Shown here in pieces: positions 17,751-28,213 of a stretch of 45,900 bases of DNA. The translations under genes and the position numbers were made by a program. The notes below the pieces were generated by a model. The model was not told the DNA's origin, searched no databases, and saw only the letters and a program-made list of their open reading frames with translations. Origin of the DNA: a virus; the UHGV virus genome UHGV-1347344; one strand, 5' to 3'. Position 1 is the stretch's first letter; the number at the start of each line of letters is the position of its first letter.

Positions 17751-18251
17751 ATGAAGCTATACCACGGAAGCATGATTGAACATCTGGCTATCTCTAACTC
17801 AGGAACAGGGTTAGGGTATAACTTCGGAGCGATGTTCTTTGCCCGTACTTACGGACATGCAAAGGAATACGGAAATTACGTCTACCAGTGCGAAATAGAC
17901 ATCAAGGACATCTTCTTGAACGAGGATCTCCCGTATCTTGAAGATGGCGCTGCTGGAACGGCTCTACGTGAAGTTATGGCAGAGCGCGGTATAGACGAAA
18001 AGTATTTTGATCTCTGCTGGTATGCCGTGGTTGAAGAGAAAATTGGTTATCAAGATGAAGACTGGGTAAACCTCCTCAACATGGACGACGATGACGCAAG
18101 TTGGGAGGCTCAGGCCATGCGGATCGCCTTTGCCCGTAAGCTTGGATTTAAAGCTGTGGAGATGGATGACGAATGCGGCAGCATTGCGGTTCTTCCCGAG
18201 TTCATAAAGCTGGAAGCGTCAACGGAGGAGGACGATGAAGAGGAAGACTAA
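17751..18251 (+). CDS. minimal PARP-like (H-Y-E class) ADP-ribosyltransferase domain protein with polyacidic C-terminus (putative)
   Basis: N-terminus KLYHGSMIEHLAISNSGTGLGYNFGAMFFARTYGHAKEYGNY parallels PARP catalytic LWHGSRTTNFAGILSQGL...[20 protein letters not shown] (H-G-S, then GYxFG..YFA, then Y). Candidate catalytic Glu in CWYAVVEEK. C-terminus STEEDDEEED. Confidence 0.45.
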   Translation: MKLYHGSMIEHLAISNSGTGLGYNFGAMFFARTYGHAKEYGNYVYQCEIDIKDIFLNEDLPYLEDGAAGTALREVMAERGIDEKYFDLCWYAVVEEKIGYQDEDWVNLLNMDDDDASWEAQAMRIAFARKLGFKAVEMDDECGSIAVLPEFIKLEASTEEDDEEED

Positions 18252-19626
18252 GATAGACATCGACGATCTTATCGATTTCAGTTCAAAGCTGGTGAACTCG
18301 AATTCCAGCATCGGTATTCGCTTGTCGTCGGGTGCCGCGCTCTCCCTTCCGTACCTGTCCACGAGGACATGTCTTGCGGCAGGGATTTCTATGCCGCTGG
18401 ATACGGCAAACGGGGCCAAGGATGTGGGAAAAGTAAGTGCTCTATACAAAACACTCGAAGAGGGGGAGGAAGGAGAGAAAGCAGATACAGAGGCGGCATT
18501 GAAGAAAATCCGTAAAACAGGATTTGCTAGAAAAACAGAGTCTGTCGACAGACGGATTCGTCAACTGCTCATTCCTAAAGACGTACCCTCTGGGTATGTC
18601 TCTTTGTCTCCCCTCCCCTCCATTGGACTTTCCGTTTTGCTGTTAGGAGCCGTTACAAGGCATAATCAAGATGTCTTTTCAAAAAAGAAGGAAGGTATCA
18701 AAATTCGACGGGCACATCTCGCTTTGGGCGGGGCAAACCCTCAGAATCTAGGATACGCTGCGTCCAAAAAGGCGATACAATATCCTATTTTTCTTTCTAC
18801 ACCCAAATCCGTGCGCGGAAATGCCAGCCGTCAGGCGTCAGGAAAGGGAACTTACCTGATCCTTTCCAATCTCTTTGTGCAAACGGCAAACATCTTGACG
18901 AATTATACTATGCTCAACGGCGCGCCCCTCTTTGCAGCATGGGGGATGGGACATGCACTGGAGCGCGAGATGCATGGTCCCAAGGTTACCGGAGTATGCC
19001 TTGTTGTGCATAGCATCGAACCCCTTGGGGAGCATGAAACCGCTATTTTCGAGCCTAGCCAAAGATTAGGAGCGGCTTTTACTTTTGAAAAATCCCGTAA
19101 CGGGAGCGACTACGCAAAAGGCTCCACACATCTCTCTTTGCAGCCCGGTGCAACGGGGCATATACGGGTAAGCCTTATCTTTGAACTGTCGGAAGCCCTG
19201 CATTCCGTACCGAACGCCGTGGATCTTTTCTTGAACTTCGGAAAGTTCTCCGGTGGGCTGATCACTTCATACGACGCCCCGGCTTTGCATGATGACCGCT
19301 CTACGCTTCTAGAGTGCATTCCCGCCGGGAAAGTTGTTTTGGATCGGCGCGACGTTATGAGTCCTGGAAACCCCATTGAACAGCTTGTAACCGCGATAGG
19401 AACGTACAGCGGAAAATGGCTGTCCGCAACGAATATCGGTTTTTCAGCAATCACAGACTTTCAAGTTCGCGGAGGGGCACGGAACGGACATCTTCATGCC
19501 TTTGCCGAGCCGCTGATCGGCATTACAGAATACGTCTCTACTGAAAAGAGGATACACGGGTATTTCTGGCGCAGCCAGTGGGAAGAAGATAGCTTTTTGA
19601 TGAGGGGAGATTCAACAAATGAATGA
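18235..19626 (+). CDS. 463-aa protein of unknown function (partner of the ART-like gene)
   Basis: Overlaps the upstream gene by 17 nt and the downstream gene by 8 nt (operonic). No P-loop, HEPN, nuclease or macro motif recognised by eye. Confidence 0.65.
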   Translation: MKRKTKIDIDDLIDFSSKLVNSNSSIGIRLSSGAALSLPYLSTRTCLAAGISMPLDTANGAKDVGKVSALYKTLEEGEEGEKADTEAALKKIRKTGFARKTESVDRRIRQLLIPKDVPSGYVSLSPLPSIGLSVLLLGAVTRHNQDVFSKKKEGIKIRRAHLALGGANPQNLGYAASKKAIQYPIFLSTPKSVRGNASRQASGKGTYLILSNLFVQTANILTNYTMLNGAPLFAAWGMGHALEREMHGPKVTGVCLVVHSIEPLGEHETAIFEPSQRLGAAFTFEKSRNGSDYAKGSTHLSLQPGATGHIRVSLIFELSEALHSVPNAVDLFLNFGKFSGGLITSYDAPALHDDRSTLLECIPAGKVVLDRRDVMSPGNPIEQLVTAIGTYSGKWLSATNIGFSAITDFQVRGGARNGHLHAFAEPLIGITEYVSTEKRIHGYFWRSQWEEDSFLMRGDSTNE

Positions 19627-19840
19627 TGCACAAGAAAAAAAGCAGGGTGGACGCCGTAAAGGATCTGGACGTAAAAAAAGGGTTGAAAATCGTGCAACAG
19701 TAAAGACTGTATCTATGCCGGATCATGTCTGGGAACGGCTGAACGATGTATGTACGGATAGGGGTATCCTACGCTCACAGGTAGTACGGGAAGCAGTCGA
19801 GATGTGGCTGGACGCAAATATACAGCAGCTTGGAAAATGA
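19619..19840 (+). CDS. ribbon-helix-helix (CopG/Arc-like) DNA-binding protein
   Basis: 73 aa with a basic N-terminus, beta-strand ATVKTVSMPDHVWERL then helices SQVVREAVEMWL. Last gene before the terminator. Confidence 0.6.
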   Translation: MNDAQEKKQGGRRKGSGRKKRVENRATVKTVSMPDHVWERLNDVCTDRGILRSQVVREAVEMWLDANIQQLGK

Positions 19841-19857
19841 CGCCTGATACGTAAAGA

Positions 19858-19893
19858 AAGCCCCAACCGTTAAACAGGCGGTTGGGGCTTTCG
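19858..19893. terminator. bidirectional rho-independent terminator between convergent cassette and capsid operon
   Basis: Perfect 10-bp stem gccccaaccg / cggttggggc with a 9-nt loop, flanked by A-run and T-run. Confidence 0.75.
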
Positions 19894-19912
19894 CATGGAG
19901 GGAAGGATGGGA

Positions 19913-20926
19913 CTAGGCTCCAGTCATTTGCGCAAAGGCAAAGGGCATGAGCACGATACCGCCGTAGGTGGTGCCGACGAACTTCTGACGGAAGCTGGAC
20001 AGGTCGGGCACGACGCGTCCGGCACGCATCTTTTCTCCGAAGGCCAGCGTGCCGGATCGCTGCCCGTTCACTTCGGGGGCGATGAGGAACATGTTTTCCC
20101 CGGCGGTCATGCTGTGCAGCTCGGGGACGGTCACGATGTCAATGCGGGTGAAGTACCGCTTCAACATATCCAGCACGGACACGTTGAAATCGGTAGCCGC
20201 GCCGAGGCGAACGGCCAGTTCGGGGGAGAGGCAGAGCTTGAGGGGCGTGTCTTTGTCAATGAGGCCGCTGGACTGCTCGGAAAGCTGCGCGAACAGGATG
20301 AGGACGTCATTGTAGATCTGCACCGTGGTCTTGTCGGCCCATTTCGTGGAGCCGCCCGTGCCCGTGGCCCCTGCGGTGATCGCAGCAGGGAGGTTCGGAT
20401 CGTTAAGGATGCCGTAGATTTCCTTCCCGGCGACTCCGCGCAGGTAGAAACGGTTCTGGTCGATGTCGATGACGTTGGCGGCCGCACGCTGCTTGGAGGC
20501 AGCGAGGTTGACTTTTGCCGTGCTCGACATGTCCACTTCAAAGTCGCCGTAGGTGATGGACGTCTGGAAGACGTACTGCACGCGGGTTTGCCATTCGGAG
20601 TTCACGCCCGAAGTCGTGCCGTTGGCATAGTCGGAATACGGCTCGGTCTTTCCGGTCATTTCGTCCACGCGCCACTTCATGTACGGGGTCGTCCAATCGC
20701 CCTTCTTCTCTTCACCGAAGATTTCACGGGCGCGCCGGGGCGCGGTCAGGATTTCGATGACCATCGGGTCGATATACGCCAGAAGCTCGGCGGGGACGGT
20801 CGTGTTCGGAGTAGTGATGAGCGCGGCGTCCTGCGCAATGCGGGCGCGGTTCTCCGGAGTTGCCCACATGCGGGCGCCCGGGAAGATAAAGCCGTAGCGC
20901 TTGGCCTGTTCAAAAGTCGGATTCAT
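19913..20926 (-). CDS. major capsid protein
   Basis: 337 aa, downstream of the scaffold/protease and decoration genes; lambda E-like size. Confidence 0.7.
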   Translation of the reverse strand: MNPTFEQAKRYGFIFPGARMWATPENRARIAQDAALITTPNTTVPAELLAYIDPMVIEILTAPRRAREIFGEEKKGDWTTPYMKWRVDEMTGKTEPYSDYANGTTSGVNSEWQTRVQYVFQTSITYGDFEVDMSSTAKVNLAASKQRAAANVIDIDQNRFYLRGVAGKEIYGILNDPNLPAAITAGATGTGGSTKWADKTTVQIYNDVLILFAQLSEQSSGLIDKDTPLKLCLSPELAVRLGAATDFNVSVLDMLKRYFTRIDIVTVPELHSMTAGENMFLIAPEVNGQRSGTLAFGEKMRAGRVVPDLSSFRQKFVGTTYGGIVLMPFAFAQMTGA

Positions 20927-20936
20927 GTAGTACCTC

Positions 20937-21575
20937 CTACGCTCCGGCGGCGGCTGCGCCGAGGTTGGTGCGGGCCTGTTCCGCAGTGGTTGCGCCAGTT
21001 CCGCCGTTGGCCACGCCGAGCGCTCCGGTGGCGTTGCTGAAATCTTTCTGCATCAGGTTCGAGGTGTCGCCGCCGGATCCCGACGCTGCGGCCTGTCCCC
21101 AATTGCTGATGATGATCGGTTCCCCGATTTCGCCGGGCGTCTTGACGACCCACCCCGTATCGAGGTGCGTGGCGTCGGGGGTCCCGGTGCTGATTGAACC
21201 GTCAGCGGTGGAGGCAAGGACGGCCTGCCCCACCGTGGCCTTGGTCGTGGAAACGGCCCAATAGTCGCCCTTCACAGCCACGGTGAGGTTCGAGCCTGCC
21301 GGGACAGTCAGGGTGCCGTCAGAAAGCAGTTCATAGTTCACGTAGTTGATGACGCGCTCCACGAAGCCGAGCACGGCTGTGGCGGTGCCCGCGACGTTGG
21401 TGGCCCGCGTGTTGTCGATCACGCCGGAATCCACGACAGGGAAGACGAAGCGCCCCACAGGGAGGGCCACCGCCGCCAGAGGGTTGAGCGGGGTGTAGAT
21501 GCTCTGGTCGGGCGTCGCTTTATCGCCCGCAACGCCGGGAGCGACGGAAAGATTGACTTGGGACTGCAAAGGCAT
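20937..21575 (-). CDS. head decoration / head fibre protein, start refined
   Basis: ATG at 21575 preceded by AGGAGG. C-terminus GALGVANGGTGATTAEQARTNLGAAAAGA is a fibre-type motif. Sits between the scaffold and capsid genes. Confidence 0.5.
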   Translation of the reverse strand: MPLQSQVNLSVAPGVAGDKATPDQSIYTPLNPLAAVALPVGRFVFPVVDSGVIDNTRATNVAGTATAVLGFVERVINYVNYELLSDGTLTVPAGSNLTVAVKGDYWAVSTTKATVGQAVLASTADGSISTGTPDATHLDTGWVVKTPGEIGEPIIISNWGQAAASGSGGDTSNLMQKDFSNATGALGVANGGTGATTAEQARTNLGAAAAGA

Positions 21576-21585
21576 GGTGTGCCTC

Positions 21586-23513
<1,928 letters not shown>

Positions 23514-23521
23514 TGTTTCTC

Positions 23522-24307
23522 CTAGTCCCCGAACTCGGGGATTACCGCTCTGTACGTGCATTGGCACCCCGGAAGCTCACCGCAAAGCACTTTGCGCTTC
23601 ACGTCAGAGTCGTAAAGACCTTCCGTGATGACGAACTTTTTCCCATTCATGAGCTGGTGGGTATGGCGGCTCGTTTTCTTCCCCGGCACATGTACCCAGA
23701 TGCCTTCGGTGATGCCGAGTTCCTTATCCTGCACCCGCTTAAGGGCCTCGGTCACCTTGTTGGACTGGTCGCGGGCAATGAATTCTGCCCGGCGCCGGGT
23801 GATCTCGTACCGCTTGTGCAGTTCGTCGGCGAGGAACTCCACGTCCCGGCCCGTGCTGGCGGAACGCATTACAAGCCCGGTAACTTCGGTAATGTACTGC
23901 TGCGGAATGGACTTGATGATACTGTAATTTTCCAGTAGCAACGCCCGTTCCACATCATTCATGGCCCGGGTGCTGGCCTTCATCTTTACCGTGAAGCCCG
24001 CATCCTTGAGGGCCTGCCGCATCCCGGCTTCCGTGCGCCGCCTCGTACTGCCCACGAACTCCCGTGCAAAACTCTCCGCGCTTTCCCTCCACCGCTTCGT
24101 CCAGTACCGGAACAGGCTCTTGAGGCGGTCTTGCAGGTCACTCGCCGGGGACGCATCCTGTGCTATGCGGGTTTCCTGCTTCCTGTACTCGGCGCGCAGC
24201 CACCACACGACGGAACGCTGCATCTCGTCGAGAAGCGACACCAGCCGCTTCCGGTATTTCGCCCGGATGCCCGCGTTGGGCTTGATGGCGCGGATGACCT
24301 TAGCCAT
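23522..24307 (-). CDS. head morphogenesis protein (Mu F / SPP1 gp7 family)
   Basis: Downstream of portal. Contains the Mu-F pattern WWLRAEYRKQ...; start ambiguous between 24307 and 24331. Confidence 0.7.
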   Translation of the reverse strand: MAKVIRAIKPNAGIRAKYRKRLVSLLDEMQRSVVWWLRAEYRKQETRIAQDASPASDLQDRLKSLFRYWTKRWRESAESFAREFVGSTRRRTEAGMRQALKDAGFTVKMKASTRAMNDVERALLLENYSIIKSIPQQYITEVTGLVMRSASTGRDVEFLADELHKRYEITRRRAEFIARDQSNKVTEALKRVQDKELGITEGIWVHVPGKKTSRHTHQLMNGKKFVITEGLYDSDVKRKVLCGELPGCQCTYRAVIPEFGD

Positions 24308-25847
24308 AGACGGCCCCGGCCTTGTCCACATCGTCGATGTCGGGCATCAAGCCCTCTTCCCCGGCTTCCGGCAGGGCATCAGGCATTCCATTGCCCTGCG
24401 GCACTTCCGCCGGGTCGATGTCGGAGAAGCCGCTGTCCGGGTCACTGGCAAGGGATTGCCGGGCTTCTTCCTGAGAGATGATGTCCCGATCCATGTAGAC
24501 GGCGATGGTGTCGGCCTTGGTCTTCTGGAGCGTCGCAAGGGCTGCCCTGTCCTCTTCGCCGAGGGGCGCGAAGTCGAAAGTCACGGAAGGGTCGATGGTT
24601 CCGCGCAGGTAGAGCTGGATACAGTCGAGCGCCTTCTTGATGCCGTCGCGCAGGACTTTCTCCTGCTGGCTCCTGACATGGTCGTAATAGTTGCGGATGT
24701 CCGATTCGCCCGTGGCATTGAACCCTGACGGGCTGATGCCGAGCAGCTTGACCGCCGGGGTTCGGTTCAGGGCGGCGAGGATTTCAAGGGACTGGCGCAC
24801 GATGTCGGTCACGCCTGAAAGCGGGGTTTCCAGCTTGACCACGTCTTCCGATTCTTTGTCGACGGCAAGCACGCCGTCATTGGTCATGGTCTGAATCATG
24901 TACCGGATGCGGGTATCGATCTGAGCGGTGCCCCCGGCTGAGTACAGGATGTCTTCCATCTTCGTCTTGAAGACGGTCAGCGAAAACTTGGTCAGTAGCC
25001 GGGCTTCGGCGGCGCGGCATTCCTGAAAATGCAGGACGTAATCCCAGAGGATCTGCGCCTGCGGGATGCCCAAAAAATTGTAGGCGGGCCGCAGCAGCAC
25101 CGGGCATTCGTTCGCAACCAATCGGATGAGGCGCGAGGCGTGTACCCGCTGTCCGAGCACCCACCACCAGCGCGGGCGGAAGTAGTCCGGCTCAAGCGGC
25201 GAAAGGCTGTTGTAGTCTCCGGGGAAGACGTTCACGGGGTCGATGACGACGAAGCGCAGCACGCCGCCGGGCCTGAGTTCGGCGGAATACGGGCTGACGT
25301 TCAGCGGGCGTTCCAGCTCTTCCCCGACTGCTCCGGTGTCGATGAAAAGGAAGGCCCCGCCCTCGTACCCCACAAGCTCGGTCGCCTCATGGAAAAGGCG
25401 TTGCAGTGCGAACCTCTTACACGCCTGCGCAAGGTCGGTGAGCAATGACTCGTCGCCGCCCTCCCCTTCGCGCTTGAACTCAATCCATGCTCGGGTCATG
25501 TCGTCGGATACCGTCTCGACGCAGGCACGAATCAATCCGTTCTGGGCAAGATTCTGGAGGACGCCGTAGCCCATGAATTGCGGCGCAATCCCGACCCCAA
25601 GCTCAAGCGAGTGCTGGAGCAGGGAATAGACGCCGGAATCCGCAAGCCGCGTATCCATCGCAAGCTGCACCTCTTTGGGCGCGCCGAGCGTCTTCGCAGG
25701 ACCGTACAGCCGACTGATGTCGTCGGGCGTAGGCGGCAAAGACTGAGCAAGGCCGCCGCGCACGTCCGGGGAGAGATTCAGACGGCGCGACGGTTGCACT
25801 TGCGGAGGTATGGAGGTGGCGTGTCGAAAAGTGCGCTTCTTGCTCAT
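24300..25847 (-). CDS. portal protein (DUF935 / Mu gp29-like)
   Basis: 515 aa upstream of the Mu-F gene. Late-promoter element and -10-like hexamer immediately upstream, possibly giving a leaderless start. Confidence 0.8.
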   Translation of the reverse strand: MSKKRTFRHATSIPPQVQPSRRLNLSPDVRGGLAQSLPPTPDDISRLYGPAKTLGAPKEVQLAMDTRLADSGVYSLLQHSLELGVGIAPQFMGYGVLQNLAQNGLIRACVETVSDDMTRAWIEFKREGEGGDESLLTDLAQACKRFALQRLFHEATELVGYEGGAFLFIDTGAVGEELERPLNVSPYSAELRPGGVLRFVVIDPVNVFPGDYNSLSPLEPDYFRPRWWWVLGQRVHASRLIRLVANECPVLLRPAYNFLGIPQAQILWDYVLHFQECRAAEARLLTKFSLTVFKTKMEDILYSAGGTAQIDTRIRYMIQTMTNDGVLAVDKESEDVVKLETPLSGVTDIVRQSLEILAALNRTPAVKLLGISPSGFNATGESDIRNYYDHVRSQQEKVLRDGIKKALDCIQLYLRGTIDPSVTFDFAPLGEEDRAALATLQKTKADTIAVYMDRDIISQEEARQSLASDPDSGFSDIDPAEVPQGNGMPDALPEAGEEGLMPDIDDVDKAGAVYG

Positions 25848-25880
25848 GGGGGCATCATGTTATGAGCGAAGAAGAAAACA

Positions 25881-25898
25881 CACCGTGAACAAGGTTCG
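25881..25898 (-). promoter_or_regulatory. late-promoter element copy 3, upstream of portal/head operon
   Basis: CGAACCTTGTTCACGGTG; CATGAT 21 nt downstream, ending 7 nt before the portal ATG. Confidence 0.55.
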
Positions 25899-25934
25899 GG
25901 TGCATGGATGTCGGACACCTTTCATATTGTATCA

Positions 25935-25980
25935 ATATAGATTAATCTATATATACATGGATACCTTTAGGGAGGTATCC
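25935..25980 (+). promoter_or_regulatory. 18-bp perfect palindrome ATATAGATTAATCTATAT plus RBS-sequestering hairpin upstream of endonuclease I gene
   Basis: Palindrome at 25935..25952. 8-bp stem ggatacct/aggtatcc (25959..25980) encloses the GGAGG RBS; ATG at 25983. Confidence 0.5.
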
Positions 25981-25982
25981 GC

Positions 25983-26729
25983 ATGTACAAAAGCATCATG
26001 GTGTTTTTGCTGGCCGCGCTAGTTATGACGTCCGAGGCGCAGGCCGCGGGCAACGAATGGAACGATTCGTTCAGCAAGGCCAAAAAAACGTTGGAGCGAC
26101 AAATCTATCATGACCACCGGATCACGCTCTACTGCGGGGCGGCGTTCGACGAGAAGAAGAACGTCACCCTCCCGGAGGGTTTTACTGCCGCGAAGCACGA
26201 GAAGCGGGCCGGGAAGGTGGAATGGGAACACGTGGTCCCCGCCGAGAACTTCGGGCAGGCGTTCGCGGAGTGGCGCGAGGGCGACGCGCAGTGCGTGGAC
26301 AACAGGGGAAAGGCGTTCAAAGGCCGCAAGTGTGCCGAGAAGGTCAATAAAGACTATCGGTACATGCAGGCGGACATGTACAACCTGTATCCGGCCATCG
26401 GCGCGGTGAATGCCCTACGCCAGAACTACAACTTTCAGATGTTGCCGGGCGAGGAGCCGGACTTCGGAAGCTGCGGGATGAAGATCGCCGACCGCAGGGC
26501 CGAGCCGCCTATCAGAGCGAGGGGACAGATTGCCCGGACCTACAAGTATATGGCCGACGCCTATGCCCCGCGCTACCGCATGAGCCGCCAGCAGACGCAG
26601 CTCATGGACGCATGGGACAAGATGTATCCGGTTGATGCGTGGGAATGCACGCGGGCCAGACGTATTGAAAGACTACAAGGTAACGAGAACCCTTTTGTGA
26701 AGGAAAGATGTCAAGAAGCAGGACTCTAA
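25983..26729 (+). CDS. endA: secreted endonuclease I (EndA/Dns/Vvn family periplasmic-extracellular DNase)
   Basis: Signal peptide MYKSIMVFLLAALVMTSEAQA followed by the Endonuclease_1 pattern (…YHDHRITLYCGAAF…WEHVVPAENFG…DMYNLYPAIGAVNALR…). Opposite strand to the flanking packaging genes. Confidence 0.75.
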   Translation: MYKSIMVFLLAALVMTSEAQAAGNEWNDSFSKAKKTLERQIYHDHRITLYCGAAFDEKKNVTLPEGFTAAKHEKRAGKVEWEHVVPAENFGQAFAEWREGDAQCVDNRGKAFKGRKCAEKVNKDYRYMQADMYNLYPAIGAVNALRQNYNFQMLPGEEPDFGSCGMKIADRRAEPPIRARGQIARTYKYMADAYAPRYRMSRQQTQLMDAWDKMYPVDAWECTRARRIERLQGNENPFVKERCQEAGL

Positions 26730-26743
26730 CTATTTACATTCAT

Positions 26744-28213
26744 TTATATTCTCCTTCCCATACGTGGATGATTGAGGATGGCGGGGTTGATGCACATAGG
26801 CCGCTTGGTATCGAAATCACGCAGCGCCTGTGTTGTGGCGTCCACTTGGTCGTCGTGGGGCGCACCGGGGAACTGTGTCAGTTCCGCGACGTACTCCCGC
26901 GCCCACGGGCAATGCTCAGGGTGCGGGAGCAGGACGTTCCCGGCCTCGAAGAACGTGGTCACGGCATGGGCCCGGGCCGTCTTGCTGCCGTCCGGCTCCA
27001 CGGGGATGATACCAGGCACAGCATGTTTCAGCGCGTCGATAACCGCCGGGCCGTTGGCCTTATCCTCCACCAGCTTACGGGCTGCGCCGGGCCATTTAGC
27101 GGCGAGCGCCCGGAACGCGGCGACCGTATCCGTAAATCCCATGCGCCGCCGGACCTGATCGAGGAGGTAGCGGTCGGCCCCCTTGCGGCCCCACACCTGC
27201 CCCACAACAAAGTCGGTATCGTCGCCGTCCTTGAACGTCATATCCCACGAGATAAGGAGCTGGTCGAACTGCTCTGGCAGATCTTTGGGGAGCCAGAAGC
27301 GCAACCACTCGGATTTGAAAATGGCGCCGCCGTCTGGCGTAGGCCGCTGCTGGTACAGGGCCTCCCAGTCGCGTGTGCCGAGGGCTTTCTTAATGGCAAG
27401 GAGCTGGCTCAGCGGGTAACGTTCCGGGTGCAGGGCTTCCCCGGCCTTACGATGTGGCTCGTCCGCCGTGGCGATGGCAGGGAAGTCCACCACACGCCAG
27501 TGGTCGCCCTCCCCCCGTGCGGCGGCCTCAAGCAGCCGCCCGGAAAGGTCGGCCATGTGCCAGCGCGTATTGATAATGAGAACCCCCCCGCCGGGCGCGA
27601 GGCGCGTGTACAGCGTGGACGTGTACCAGTCCCAGACGTTCTGGCGGATGGTCGGGGAATCGGCGGATGCCCGGTCTTTGAATGGGTCATCGACGATGAC
27701 GATATGCCCGCCCATGCCCGTGATGCCGCCGCCCACGCCAGCGGAACGGTAGCATCCAGCGTGCCCCACTACCTCGAATATATCTGAGTTGCGGAGGTAG
27801 GAACCGTTCCCCACGGTGCGGATGTTCTTGCCGTACAGCGCCGTGCCGGGAAAGAGTTCCCGGTATTCCGGACTGTCGATGACGCGCTGAACGTCGCGGT
27901 TCATGCGCGAGGACAGGTCGGCGGTGTAGCTCGTGGAAATGACGGATAGATCGGGATAGCGGCCCAAGGCGTAAGCCGGGAAGCGGCGCGAGGCGAGCTC
28001 GCTTTTCCCGTGGCGCGGGGGCATGGTCAGCATGAGGCGCGGGGAACGCCCGGCTACGACATCTGCAAGGAAAGCGTCAAGCTCGGAACAGATTTCCTCA
28101 TGCACCCATCCCATGCAGTAGCCGGGCATGGTGTAGCGCACGAAGGCCGCGAGACAGCTCCGGGCCAGCGCACAACGAATTTCAGCAAGCACCTCACCCG
28201 TCATTCCTCTCAT
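26744..28213 (-). CDS. terminase large subunit
   Basis: 489 aa. ATPase region TMPPRHGKSELASRRFPAYAL (Walker A-like) then a nuclease domain. Preceded by terS. Confidence 0.85.
   Translation of the reverse strand: MRGMTGEVLAEIRCALARSCLAAFVRYTMPGYCMGWVHEEICSELDAFLADVVAGRSPRLMLTMPPRHGKSELASRRFPAYALGRYPDLSVISTSYTADLSSRMNRDVQRVIDSPEYRELFPGTALYGKNIRTVGNGSYLRNSDIFEVVGHAGCYRSAGVGGGITGMGGHIVIVDDPFKDRASADSPTIRQNVWDWYTSTLYTRLAPGGGVLIINTRWHMADLSGRLLEAAARGEGDHWRVVDFPAIATADEPHRKAGEALHPERYPLSQLLAIKKALGTRDWEALYQQRPTPDGGAIFKSEWLRFWLPKDLPEQFDQLLISWDMTFKDGDDTDFVVGQVWGRKGADRYLLDQVRRRMGFTDTVAAFRALAAKWPGAARKLVEDKANGPAVIDALKHAVPGIIPVEPDGSKTARAHAVTTFFEAGNVLLPHPEHCPWAREYVAELTQFPGAPHDDQVDATTQALRDFDTKRPMCINPAILNHPRMGRRI

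Noticed and set aside
19895-21040. 381-aa plus-strand ORF
   Set aside because: Antisense shadow of the major capsid and decoration genes, and it overlaps the terminator. The composition looks like junk.
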